Assembly: GCA_001643675.2 (NCBI GenBank)
Contig: LSRY02000001.1
Coordinates: 310,001 to 374,000, forward strand
Length of the DNA stretch: 64,000 nucleotides
Origin: Monocercomonoides exilis PA203
Taxonomy: Eukaryota; Protista; Preaxostyla
Direction: 5' to 3'
Shown in pieces: positions 46,401 to 59,372 of the stretch (position 1 is the first letter of the stretch; each line of letters starts with the position of its first letter). The notes under the pieces were generated by a model. That model saw only the letters and a list, made by a program, of their open reading frames with translations. It did not search any database and was not told the DNA's origin. Made by a program: the position numbers and the translations under genes.

Positions 46401-48313
46401 GATGAAGAAGAATTAACAGAAGAATATATGCGAAAAAAGGCAAACGAGAAATGCACAAGAAGCATAGGCAGCATCTGAAAAATAACAGTAATTCAAACAA
46501 TTAAAAAAATAATAAATCATCTTCACAAAACTCAGCCATCTGAACCCATACGTCTCAGCAACCGGAAGTTCCACAACATCTTCAAGCTTCCACTGCTTTT
46601 CTTTGATTCTTTTCGAATACTCTCTGTGCACTGTGGGATAGTCGCCTTTCGTTTCATCTTCTTCTCCTTCCTCTGCCTCTTCTCGCTCCTCCAGCACAGC
46701 CAGTGCAATCGCTGCTGGAGACAGGACCACATCCTCTTTCCTCATCCATGCTGACTCCAACCTTTTCTCCATAATCTTCCCCACTTTGCACACTGCAGCC
46801 TCTTTCCCTGTCGCTTCATCTTCCAGCTTCACCACCACACACCTCGACTGCGGCGATCGCGACACCAGCTGCAATGTTATAAACAGATCGCATTCACGTC
46901 TGCCGCTGCAAAGATCCGCATGCCCCCCGACTTCGTGCCCACCTACGCTGCAAGTGACAGAAGCGGCCCCACCAGCGGAACCGAAAGCATCGCCGAAAGA
47001 TCCACATCGTTCACATGCACAACACCCCCATACAACACCGCCCCCTGCTCAACAACATATCCCCGCAACGTCTACAGTGTATGGGGTGACAGCGGCATAT
47101 GCAGAACATACACCCCAGCCGCCTCTCAATGTTGTTCACCGCTGCCGCCTACGTGTATGACGCCGCCACCACCAACGCATACAAAGGGTCAATCGCAGTT
47201 GCTGAAAATAAAGAAGAAGATAGCTTATCGTCTTCTGCTGCCTTCTTCTCTTCGCTTCTCCGCCTCCGGAATGGCGAAGTTGATCTGCGTGCTGCTTCAG
47301 TTGAAGATGGCGAAGAGGATGAAAGTGCTGAGAAAAGAGACGACTGCTATGCTGCCTCAGCAATAAGAAGCTTTTGGAGATACCCCACAAAGTGAGCAAT
47401 AAGTTTCACCAGAAACACTAACAGTACACAAATTCTTATCAGAATGGTCGACCAGCAGAAAAAAACCTACTTGCTTCGTACAATTTGAAAAGATTGAAGC
47501 AAAACATATTAATATGGTGCATCTGAATAAACTGAAAGGGAGAAGGAAAAGGCACATTCTGAGGTGAAAGAAACTTGATGATACAAACTGTTTGAATTTA
47601 AATATGAGAAAAAATTGTTTTTTTGAGTTTGTTACAAGTGGAGATTTATATTGAAAATTAATAATCAAACTTTAACTTTTAATAATAACATTAATAATTG
47701 CTTTATGTCAACTCCTTTTTGAATATTTTTCGATTGTTACGAGTGCAGCTTTGATGAATTTTTCCTGACTGATAATTTTTTAATAAAAAATTCAATAATT
47801 CAAGCAAATCAATTTTGTTTATCCTTAAATATAAGAAAATAATAAAAACTTATTAAATATTCAAAAGTTCAAATGAATATTCGAACAGATGAAATGAAAA
47901 TGAGGAAATAAAAACACTTCATTCATCTGATTCAAATAGCTGGAAAGCAGTCGCTCACATAGTTAATTACAAAATAAAGTTTAAAATATATATGATATCA
48001 ACAAATTTGTATCATATTTTTCTATAAAAAGCGAAATAAATAACGATAAATAACATTTATCAAACAAAAATGGGAACGGAATGATCAACATTTTTTGATC
48101 ATTTTGATCTTATTTTCAGATCAGTTAAACGTTTGCGACTTTTCATAAAGAATGACCCATATAATCAGTTATCTTTTGGAAAGTCGCAGCTTCATTGTAA
48201 TTAGCAATCTCTTTGTTATTATTAAACTCTTCCTCAATAATAATCTCGCTGCAACGTGGGCATTTATCCTCCTTTATTCAAGTGATATCAAGCGATTTAT
48301 TATAATTATTATA

Positions 48314-49210
48314 CACCAAAAATTATTCAAAGTCGAAAAACTTTCAACCAAAGTCGAAAAACTTTCAAACGAAATCGAAAGTTTTCATTCGAAGTCGAAA
48401 AAGTTTCAATCAAAGTCGAAAACTTTCATCCAAAGTCGAAAAAGTTTCAAACGAAATCGAAAAAATTTCAATCGAAATCGAAAAACTTTCAAGCAAAGTC
48501 GAAAGTTCGAAATTTTTCAAAATTTCAAAAAGTTGACAAAATTCAATAAAAGTCAAAAAACATTTTTATTGTTGAAATATCATGATATTTGTTGTTTTAA
48601 TGATTTTTCATCTTTTTTCCGATGTTTTTCTTTGCCTTCTTTTGTCCAATCACAAAAATGAGAAATGTGAGAGAAATACTGATGTATTTTTATCTTATTT
48701 CAATTGAAAGAACACTGCTTTTCAAAAGATTTGCAAAAAAAATAAATATGTATATTTTTTCACAATAAATGAAGAATGATGCACGCAACATTGGCTCTCT
48801 TATTTCGCGTTTTTCATATCAAAAAACTCATTTATTGTGGAAGGAAACAAATGTTTTGTGTTTCGTTCAGAGTTTATTTTTGAGTTTATTTTGATTCGAA
48901 ATTTTCAAAATATGCAGAAAACAATAACACAAACATTGCTGATAATATTTCCAAAAACAAAAGAATATTTTTATCTTTTGTGGAATACTTTTTATTTAAC
49001 GTTTTTATTTTTGTCAAAATTTCGATTTCGATTGAAATTTTTTCGATTTCGTTTGAAACTTTTTCGACTTTGAATGAAAGTTTTCGACTTTGATTGAAAC
49101 TTTTTCGACTTCGAATGAAAACTTTCGATTTCGTTTGAAAGTTTTTCGACTTTGGTTGAAAGTTTTTCGATTTCGATTGAAAGTTTTTCGACTTTGAATA
49201 ATTTTTGGTG
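48314..49210. mobile_element. 897-bp non-autonomous element with long TIRs built of ~21-bp tandem repeats, TA-flanked
   Basis: TA|CACCAAAAATTATTCAAAGTCG...CGACTTTGAATAATTTTTGGTG|TA; arms ~48314-48484 and ~49020-49210 are made of AAAGTCGAAAAACTTTCAA-type units; inserted in a (TAA/TAT)n tract. Confidence 0.9.
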
Positions 49211-49349
49211 TAATTATAATTATTATAATTATTATTATTATTATTTCAATAAAACTGCATCTTGCGATACTTCACGGATCTTATTCCTAATAAATATTCA
49301 AAATATTTTATTGTTTCTTTCTTTTTAAAAATCAATTGATATGCATATC

Positions 49350-49809
49350 TTCTTTTTAAATACTTATCTCACGATTTTTCATGGTTTCTGTTTCTGAAAT
49401 TGTCTCGCGGAACAACGCGGCAATATTTCCAATAATTATCACACAATGCATTGCAGTTTCTGACATTGAAATTATATTTTCATAATGCGCAGCGCGCTGT
49501 TCGACTTTATCAGCTGTGCACTCTCTTCTATTCCGGATGATGAATCTCATGTTCAGATCCCGGTAAATTCTTCAATAATGGATTCCACCTTTCCCAGTGT
49601 TAAATATTGATCTAATTCTTTTCCATCTCCGTATCTGTGTTTTATTATAACAGGTTGTTACTTCATTTTCATTGCGGACAATCAGGATCAACTTTGAATT
49701 TGAGTATTGGTGAAGTTAGATCTTAAACCACCCATAAATCGTGATCAATACTCATTATCTCGGAGCAAACCTGCTCCTTGTGTTGGTAGATTCGCTCTAT
49801 TGCGAATTG
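49350..49809 (-). mobile_element. 5' terminus (ITR) and adjacent remnant of the second DIRS-type element
   Basis: 49722-49773 matches 19184-19235 in inverted orientation (1 mismatch in 52 bp); ~49752-49809 is complementary to the ICR at 19861-19920. Inner boundary approximate. Confidence 0.8.
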
Positions 49810-50547
49810 TGAATAGATGCATTTTGAGCTCATTTGTCAATGGATGATTCTGTGATGAAAGATGTGAAGAAAAGAATTTCTGAATAACATTTCAAATTGT
49901 CTAAACAAAAGAAAAGAACATAAACATGGAACCCTTGCTTATTGGAGGATGAAGCTCAAGGTCCAATGCTTCAATAACCAAATAATTCTGTGCAAAAAAG
50001 TAAAGTAATGATGTCCAACACCAACAGAAAAATTTTAATGTCAAAATTTTTTTGTAAAGTTCCTTTTGTTAAATTTTCACAAACAAAATCAAAATTTCAC
50101 ATTTCGATCAAATAATTGTTACTTCTCACCAAATTTTTCTGATATGAAAACAAAGCCTTAACAATGTTATTATTTCCATTCAAGAAAAGAAATGTGAGTG
50201 GGAACAGAAATTTGATGAAAATATGAAATTTTCGTTTTATTTGAAAATTAACATAAAGGAACTTTTCAAAAAAAACTTGACATTTGATCAAATTTTTCTT
50301 CACAGAAAGTCAATAAAATTCTCATAATTTTCCAATGAAATAGCTTGAAGTTTCATGTTTTTCCCTTAATGTTTTTTCCAACTTTTCGTTTCAAACAAAT
50401 GAAATTGATTCCTCTCTTTTTTTTATGAATTACAGGATTATAAACTATTTATCTTCGTTATTTTTAACAAAAAAACTTAATTTCTCCTGAGCATATGTGA
50501 AGGGTTAATTGTAATTCAATATTATCCAATTTACGCAACAACACATA

Positions 50548-50548
<1 letters not shown>

Positions 50549-50589
<41 letters not shown>
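50549..50589 (+). repeat. Poly-A tract (~41 nt)
   Basis: Read directly. Confidence 0.9.
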
Positions 50590-50590
<1 letters not shown>

Positions 50591-50973
50591 GAATGGGAAA
50601 GTCAAAAGAATCAATCTGTTGAAAAATAATTGCAAATTCAGGGCTCTTTGTAATTACTGAAGCAATGTATGAATCTGAGAAAATTTTCCGCAATAACATT
50701 GTACATTTCCATTGTTTAATTAAATGAAAAGGAATACATATTGAATTGAATAAAAAAACCTTGTTTTATTTTTTAGAGAAGCCAAAAAATAAAAATAAAA
50801 TAAATATGGAAAAAAAAGTCAGAAACAAAGAAAAATAATTCGTTAACTGGAAATTACATATGAAGACAAACATAATTTAATCAATTCATCAAGAAAGAAA
50901 TAACCATACTTATTCAATTTTTATTACAAATAACAAAAAACAAGAAATAAAAATCTAAAAATTTACTAACAAT

Positions 50974-53900
50974 TCAATGCGAATTGATAGGAACTGCATA
51001 AATGTGCTGAAACATCATCAGCAATTGGTGATTCTTCTTCGATGAAGAAGGCGAAGAAAAAAACAGCAAAAGAGAAGGCGGAAGGCTCGTGATGTTCACC
51101 GACGTCAAGTTTTGTTCCTGCTGCAGCTGGCTTAGCGGCGCAGACAGCAGAAGATGCTCACACATCAGCTTGTCAGTCTGCCTGACGTGTGTTGTGAAGT
51201 ACGAATAGCACATGTCCACCAGCTCCAGCCCCATCGCCTCCGGCACCCGCCCCTCCTTCCGCAGCATCCGCGCTGCCTGAAGCGAATACTTTATCACCCG
51301 CACAAAAAACGACACGTGCTCACTGAAATGGACTGATATGTGCCTTTTGCTGAGCTTGTGCAGCTGCATCAGCGCCTCCTCCTCGTTCATCGCTGCAATC
51401 ACAGACAGCAGCAGAATGCGCAGCGAGCAGTACACTTTGTGCTGGCTGATCGCTGCCACATCAAACGCCATGTGCACCAGCTCCTCCTCTGTGAACAGCG
51501 AGTGCGCCTGCTCCATGTCACGCCGCATGTCTTCGCTGCCTTCGTGCAGTGCATTCACTCCACTCACTCCATTCACTCCACCCATTCCATTCATTGAATT
51601 TACTCCCATCTCATGCATACCCTGCCCATTGAACCTGTCATAGTGTCCATTGCCCTGAAAATGAGACGCCGAAGCTGAAGCTGAAGACGGCGATGCGAGA
51701 GAGGACGAAGAATACGGCGGAGTCTGCCTATTCGACGACACTTGTGAGGCAGACTGAGCCGCTGCCGCTGCCGCTGCTGCCTGGCTGTTCTGCGCAATCA
51801 CCTTTCTGAGCACGTCTGTCTGCTGGCTGAGGATATCTGACGCGAGCGTCGACTTCAGCGCCGGGTCGATCAGGCTGCTGGCAGCCACGAACAAGCCGCA
51901 GAGGGTGTAGTGTGCTGCATCCAGCGAAGGCACATCACACAGACACTCGTCGCTCCACCCGCTGATGTTCAGCTGCTGGCTGCGGTTCTGCTTGTTGATC
52001 GGCGACGTCGGATCGAGCCGCACAATCTTCGCAGTGATCTTTGCGAAGTCGGACAGAGAGTTGCGGGTGGGGAAGATGCAGAAGAGGAAGCCCAGGAGCA
52101 CAACAACAATGCTGATGCACGCCACGAGGATGATCAGCGACTTGCTGAGGGCGATGCGGTGCCGCTGCTCCTCAATGAGGATGGCGTCGGAGAGCAGATA
52201 GCCAGCACGGAGGTCGTAGTTGAGTGCAGATACGATGTACTGCACCGCCGACGAGTTCAGTGAGAACTCTTCGTTTGCATCCGGAAGCGACATCAGCTGC
52301 TCCACAAACGACGCAAACTGGCCCGTCAGCCCTTGCAACCCCGAATACTCGCCGCTCATTGTGATCATCCGCTGCGGGAGCGGAATGTCGCAGTCAGTGC
52401 TGTCAACAGCGATGCACGTGGTGGTCGAGATAAACAGCTCATACAGCTTCGAGCTCACACTCAGCGTGCGCTGTGTGATGAAGGAATCAAACAGCTCATC
52501 GCCTGTGAGCACATCCTTGTCCAAAGTGGGGTCCCCTCCTTTCTTCACCTTCTCGTTCACTGCCCCGAAGTACATCAGGCTGCGGCCGAGGAGCGTGCGG
52601 GTGGCGTCCATCGAGCTGTTCAGGTGCGACAGGTCTGACCACATCGGGTTGGTTGCAAAGGCACACTCAAAATTCTCTGTGGGGTTGGCTGAGGGAAGCT
52701 TGGAGCCATGCAGCACCAGATACGCGATGAGGTCGAGTGTGAAGAGGCGGTAGGAGGACAGGAGCACGCCTTCGTTGTGGTTCATGCTGGTGCGGAGGGA
52801 GATGATGCAGAAGAGGAAGAAGATGAACGGCATCACCACAACAGACACCACACCCGCTGCAATGCGGATGAAGATCGAAGATGGAATGATGTTGCTCATC
52901 TTCTCCACGGCCTCTTCCACGTAGATGCGTTTCTCTTCACTCACATCCTTTGCAGTTGTTGAATAACCTTGAGACTCCTGTTGAGATAACTGAGACTGCT
53001 GTATTGCCAATTCTTGTTGCTGCTGTTGTTGAATCTGCTGCTGCTGCTGCTGTATTTGCAATTGTGTCTGAAACGACGGTTCATTCTGCATATTTGATGA
53101 ACAAAAAGAAGAAGAGGTCTTATCAGAGCCAGGTGTGCTGCTGTGTGAGGGAAACGCTGCTGACGACGACGAATGCGACTGCCCGTGGGAAGGGATGAGC
53201 ATTCCGAGTGTGGCAGAGGAGGAAGAGGCAGGCGACAGGGTAGCAGATAAGGAGTTGAACGAAGTTGGTCCCAGAGAAAGAGAAGGGAAAGAAGGTAGGA
53301 GCAGGTCCTTGTATTCCTGCGCAGCCAGCACACGTGACGTTTGTGAGGGTGAAAACAGGTCTGCGCTCTGCGAAAGCGCGAGGGAGGTGTTTGAGAAGGG
53401 AGAGTGCTGAAGCAGAGCCAGCTCAATTTCTGCTTGTTTCGCAAAGGCCTTCGCATCGGCTGGCGAAGGGCGCTGCATTGCCTCCAGCGGGCGGGAAAGA
53501 AGATACGGCTGGGAGTTGGAGAAGGAGGAGAAGAGGGAATCTAAGGCAGAGGAGACTTCTTTCTGTGACGAGGAAGAAGAGGAAGAGGAAGAAGAAGATG
53601 ATGAACTTCCATTCCCACACCCACTCCCATTGAAATTCGCCTCATTTTCTGGATCAACGAGCGAAATCACCCGAACATCGCGGTCTTTCTCTCTTTCTGA
53701 GCGCGACGTTAGAGCATTTCTGAGGGGAGAATGCATTTCACACAGAAAAGGCGAAACAGAAGTGCCATTTTTGGTCTGCTGGCTGTTCTGGCTGGTGTGG
53801 CGGAGGAGGGTGCTTTGGAGGAGAGGGACGCTGGACAGGTGAGAGACAGAGGTTGAAGAGGAAGATGAGGAGGATGAGGAAGAAGAGGAAGAAGAGGAAG

Positions 53901-56900
53901 AAGATGATGATGATGAGTAATTCATTGGAGGGTCAATGACATGCTGCTGGAGACGAGAATAGGAAAGAAACATCGACTCCATCTGTTGATCAAACAAGTC
54001 GCAGTCAGACACAAACTTCAGCTGATTTTGTGTTTTGTCTTCATCTTCACATCTTTCTGATTCTTTCTCTCTCTCTTTCTCTCTCTCTTTCTCTGAAAAA
54101 CTAACTTTTTCTGTTATTTTCTCTTTTTGTTTTGATTGCTGCTCGGTTTGTGTTCCATTCAAATTTGATTTCTCTTTCTCGTTCTCCTTCTCCTCCTTTT
54201 CTCTTTCTCTTTCTCTTTCTCTCTCTTTCTCCCTTTCCCTCTCCTTCTCCCTCTCCTCCTCGTCTTCCTCGCTATCAATCCTCTTCTTCAGCAGCTGCAG
54301 CTTCTCCTTCGGCACCATGCATATATTCGCCAGCGCCTTCTGCCGCTTCTTCTTCATCTTCGACGCCTCAAACACAAACAGCAGGATCAGCAGCAAACCA
54401 GACACAACCACACTGCCCATCCCAAACACACACAACAGCACAGTGTAAAAATCCCCCGTCTTCGCATCTCCACTCAGCCTGTCCACAACCAGCTGCTTCA
54501 CCCACTCTGCTGCTATCACAGGCACATTCACATCCAGAATCAGCTGCGACGTGAACGCCTCCAAATTCTCCGCGGAGAAACCCCGCCCTTGCTGCAGGTC
54601 CCTCACAGTGACTGTCATCTGCTCCACGAAGTCGATCAGGTTTGTCTCTTCCTGCCACAACAGCTGCGCCTCAGGCACGCTGCTTACGAGGGAGATGCCA
54701 GACGCCACCGCCAGCATCATCGGGTGAGTGTTATGCTCTAACAGCTCAATGGACGCAGAGCTTGTGGTGAGTGTGTACACATTCAGAAGCGCATGGGCGA
54801 TGCTCGAGTGCTCATTCCACAGCGTGTCGGACAGCTTCTGAGACGGCAGCAGGAACAGCAGGTCAGCGCGGATGGGGTCGTAAAGAGGGGAAGTGGCGTA
54901 GACAAGCTGGTGGGAGAGGAGAAGAATGTGGCCGAGCGATTTGACGATGACAGTGAAGTTGCTGGTGACCTGCACAGAAGTCTCGATGGCGCAGTTGAAG
55001 GCGAAGGATAAGGAGAAGATGATGAAAAGGGAGGACAACAGGAGGAGCGTGGCGAAGATGAGGAGCGGGTAGAACTGGGATGACAGAGAGGCAGCGAGGG
55101 GGATGGAGTGAGTGGAAGGAGAGGAGGTGGAGAGAAGAAGGTGCGAGCCGGCGCTTTGGCTGGGCGGAACTTGGGTGTTCTCAGAGGGAAGGGAAGAGGC
55201 ATTGATAGGGGAAGAAGAAGAAGATGATGATGATGACGACGAGGAAGAAGAGGAAGAGGAAGAAGAGGAGGAGGAGGAAAAAGGCAGGACAATATCAGAA
55301 GCAGTGCTAAGTCTTCTTCTCTTTGGCGTGTTGTTGTCAGCGCCACTTCGATCTTTCTGTGATATTCGAGTGGATGTGGAGCGGACAGAAGATAAAGTGC
55401 GGTGCTGTTTGTAGGAAGATACAGTGGAAAGAGAGGTGGAGGTGGAGAAGAGAGATGGCTGATGCGAAGATTTGGGCTTTGTGGAAGAAGAAGAGGAGGA
55501 AGAGGAAGAGGAAGAAGAAGAAGAAGAGGAGGAGGAAGAGGAAGAAGAGGAAGAGGAAGAAGATGATTGAACTGCACCTTTTTTGTTATTATCACCTTTT
55601 TCCTCATTCACCTGCTTCTTCCCCACTACCCCTTTCATCCTCGCCTTCTTCCTCTTCCTCTTCATCTTCATCCTCTTCCTCTCTCTCTCCTTCGCCTTGT
55701 CCTTCGCCTCCTCCTCAATCTCATCCGCCTGCTGGTTCAATTCGTCCGCCAGCTCATCCTCCCTCGTCACGTCCCTCAAAAGCGACGCATAACTTCTCAA
55801 AACAGCGACGCTCGACGGGAAATGCGACAAAAGCTGGGTGTACTCACGCACGGCCTCCTGCTGCTTCCTCAGCGACATCACAAGAAACAGGGCAATTCGT
55901 GAAACATCTGGCTTGTTCTTCAGAAGCAGTGAATACGCCTGTGAAATATACACACGGCTCTGCGAAGCGTGTGTGGCGGCGGCGTTGAAGGCGATGGAGA
56001 AGGAGAGGGAGGAAGAGGAGAAGTCGGAGGCAGATAAAGAAGGCAAGGAGCTTCCATTGATTCCAGTTGAGGAAGAATTAACAGCTGCAGAAGAAGAAGA
56101 AGAAGAAGAAGAAGAAGAAGAGGAGGAAGAAGAATTCTGTGCTCCCATCATCTTCTGATTAAAATTTCCGTTGCTGACCCTCTCCTTCTCCTTTCCCCTC
56201 CCAGCTTTGTTTCCCTTCTCCATCTCTTTCAGAACAGAGAACACGACATACTTCTGAGAGAGCGTGGGGAACAGCTGCATCGCCTGCTGCATCAGCACCA
56301 TCAGTGTCTGGCTGCTATGAGTGAAAGAGCTGTGGAGCAGCAGCTGGTTGATGGCAATGGAAGAGGAGCTAAAACGGCTGAGAGAGGAGGTTAGAATAGA
56401 ATCAGCCACAGAAAGTGCTTCAGATGATTTGCGGAAGCGCTTGTGAGACATGAAGCGGATGGAGAGCAAGGCGGCGTTGACGCTGAAGGGCTTTTTGAGG
56501 ATGGGCGGGGGAAGAAGGGAGGGTGGGTTGGAGGAGGAGGAGGAGGAGGAGGAGGAGGAGGAGGAGGAGGAGGAGGAGGAGGAGGAGGAGGAGGAGGAGG
56601 AGGAGGAGGAGGAGGAAGAGGAAGAGAAGGAGGAGGAGGAGGAAGAGGAAGATGAGGAGGAGGAGGAGGAGGAGGAAGAGGAAGAGGAGGAAGAGGAGGA
56701 GGAGGAGGAGGAGGAAGAGAAAGAGGAGGAAGAGGAAGAAGAGGAGGAAGATGATGAAGGGGTTGAAGGGAAAGTTGGTGAAATGAAAGTGGGTTTAATG
56801 ATGGAGTTTGTGAGTGTTGAAGGAGAAGGGGAAGAAGAAGAGGAGGAGGAGGAGGAGGAAGAAGAAGAATATGATTTTGATTGAGCTGAAGAGCTAATGT

Positions 56901-57220
56901 CACAAGAAGGAGGCAGTGAAATGGAAAGAGGTGAGGTTTGAGGAGCAGAAAATGAAACACGATGAATTGGACGAGGTGATGAAGAATAAGCAGAAGAAGC
57001 AGAAGAGGAAGAGGAGGAGGACAAGGAGGAGGAGGAAGAAGATAATGATGAAGCAGGTTGGACAAATGAGTTGTTTTGTGTGGATGTTGTGGTGTTTGGT
57101 GCAAAAGATGAGGAAATCAATGCAGGCGATGTGAATTGTGGTGCTTGTGAGTCGCAATGCAACATGGAACATGAAGGAGTGATTGAAGGCATACAACAAC
57201 CAGAAGAGGAGGAGGAGGAT

Positions 57221-57255
<35 letters not shown>

Positions 57256-58740
57256 GGAGGAAGAGGAGGAGGAAGAGGAAGATGATGATGAGGAAGAAGG
57301 TGAAGAAGCAGCAACAGGAGAAGAAGACGAGGAAAACGAAGAAGCAAACGCAGAAGGAGTGTTAATAGACGATGATGTGGTGAATAGTGAAGGAGGCTGA
57401 AGTGAAAGGGACAATGAAAGTGGAGACGGCGAATGAGAATGAGAAAGAGAATGTGTGTGCGAATGTGTATGCGAATGCTTCGTGTGCTGTTTTTTGCTCT
57501 GAAGTGGCTCAGGCAGCTGCTGGGTTGGCTTCACAGCCCAAAGAAACATAGAAAGCTTGTATGTGCCGAAAAACGCACCGATAGCGACGGCGCAGAGGAA
57601 GAGCACAAACAGCAGCCAGAAGAGCACAAATTGCCAGGGGCGGGTGAGGTGGAGGTAGTTTGTGAGGAAGCCGACGATGAAGAAATAGAGAACAGTGAAG
57701 TGGAAAGACGCAGCCACTGCATTGCCTGAAGGCGTGAAGAAAGGCTGCTTAAGCACGGTGAACACGGAAAGAAGCGAAAACAGGACAATTCCGGAAATGT
57801 AACGGACGATGGGGATGTGGTGGATGATGGTGGAAAACAGAAAGAGAAGGAAAATGACTGCCGAAGTCATGGCTTGAAATAATCCAGATGAAACAGTAAA
57901 TGAATTGCAGAAGCGAAAATTTCGATGAAACAAAAAGATTCTCATAATAAATGCATATATGAAGTGAAGAATAAGAAACACAGTTGCTAAAATAACCATT
58001 GCAGAATCGGGCTTGTTGGCGCAATCAATAGTTGAAATAAGAGGATTTATGGACTGCCTTGTGGCTAAACACAAGAAATGCCCTAAAAATACGTTTATAA
58101 ATGGTATGTAAAATACTCCTGTCACAAGTGTGTTTAGAATCCTGATTCCTTTCATTAGAAACGAAGGGATTAAGGAACCTAATTTGGGGAATATTGTAAA
58201 CACTGCAAAGATCACAATAACAGCTGTTATAAATACAACGCATATAAATGTAATTACATATAAAAAGATTTTATTTCTCCAAGTTATTGAGAAGTCCAAG
58301 TATCTGAACACAAAAATTATCACTAAAATTATCTCAATAATATCATTCAGACCCAAAAAAATCAAGGACTGTCTGCATTACTTGATCTGAAATGGGCCAA
58401 TTATCCCATCTCACAGTAAATCCGACAAGTTGAATCAGCGACAGTATCAATAAACAAAAATACATGAATTGATTAAGTTTTTCTCCCTAAGAAAAGAAAA
58501 TAAAAATAATAAAATCCAAATATATTAAAACTCATACATATTTAAAAAGTTCTATGGCAGAAAAAAGCCTACATAATAAAACAATTTAATTTGCATTCAT
58601 TATGAAAAAATATTAAAAAAAGTTTGTTCTAACTGTTCCTCGAAAGTGTTGAAGTGTATTACAGAAAATGACATATTAAATGAAGTTCCAATGCTATCCA
58701 AAATATCGTCATCGTTTCTCTTTTCATTCCTTTTGGACAT
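50974..58740 (-). CDS. Giant multi-pass membrane protein, TmcB/TmcC-like architecture, with a C-terminal hemerythrin-like domain (>2460 aa; short 5' exons upstream of ~58303)
   Basis: N-terminal multi-TM bundle; TPR-like YTQLLSHFPSSVAVLRSYASLLRDV...ADEL; two further TM pairs flanking extracellular regions; poly-Ser linkers; W...DVPSLDAAH...EEALM...HFSEH...YFTTHVRQTD at the C-terminus. Putative ATG 58740 and a short intron GTCTGA...TGTTCAG near 58303-58352. Confidence 0.75.
56530..56752 (+). repeat. (GAG/GAA)n trinucleotide tract encoding poly-Ser on the minus strand
   Basis: Read directly; lies inside the 2463-aa ORF. Confidence 0.9.
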
Positions 58741-59372
58741 GCACGAAAAGAAGAAACAATTATGAAAATGATAAACTTATGGGCATTCGAAATAAAAACA
58801 CAAAATGAAATGAGCAAAGCTTGTACGAAATAAATCAAAAATGAAAAACGAGTTTGTAATTATTGTCCGTTGAATCAACAAGATGAAAATGGCTTTCAGC
58901 CAGATATCGAAACAAAAAATTTTGGAAATTAATAAAAAAATTTTTCATCAAATCGAACTTTTTAAAATAAATAATTGGTTTTAATAAGTGAAGTTGTTCA
59001 AAGGTTTTTGAAAAAAAGTTTTCCAGAAATTTTCATTGTTTTTATAATAAAGAAAAATTTGGTAGATGAAAAAAATTTTTCTTATATTTTCACGAAAAGA
59101 AATTTCTTTTTTGTGTATCACACAAATTCGTATTAATATGATTGAAATATTCATTTTTTTTCAAAGTTCTTTTGTTCAAATTATTAAAGTTTGAATTTGT
59201 GCCATTATATATGGATTTAAATGCAAAGTAAAGTCTCTCTTGCGAGCATACAAATACTTACACAAAAGATAATAGACGTATGTCATATGCAATATTGAAT
59301 TAACGATAAAGACAATAAATTGTTCATATTTTTTTTTGTATATTGTGTTTTTGTGATTTTCAAATTCATTAG

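Larger units (their letters stand above)
36937..48158. mobile_element. Candidate large (11.2 kb) Sola2-like DNA transposon with cargo (element B)
   Basis: TIRs GGGTCAGTTATTTTGAAAAGTCGCA and GGGTCATTCTTTATGAAAAGTCGCA (21/25), each flanked by ATAT; contains a transposase gene and host gene fragments. Confidence 0.65.

Noticed and set aside
43520-47420. Patchwork of short GC-richer ORFs inside element B
   Set aside because: They look like host gene fragments, but none has a motif I can identify; not annotated individually.
48320-48510. Regularly spaced ~21-bp repeats resembling a CRISPR array
   Set aside because: Units are contiguous with no unique spacers, are mirrored in an inverted arm, and no cas genes are present; they are TIR sub-repeats.
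50549-50589. Poly-A tail of a retroposed element
   Set aside because: No TSD or upstream element body is recognisable.
51154-58390. Many short plus-strand and alternate-frame ORFs (poly-Glu, poly-Arg, poly-Gly, poly-Pro)
   Set aside because: Shadows of poly-Ser trinucleotide tracts in the 2463-aa ORF.
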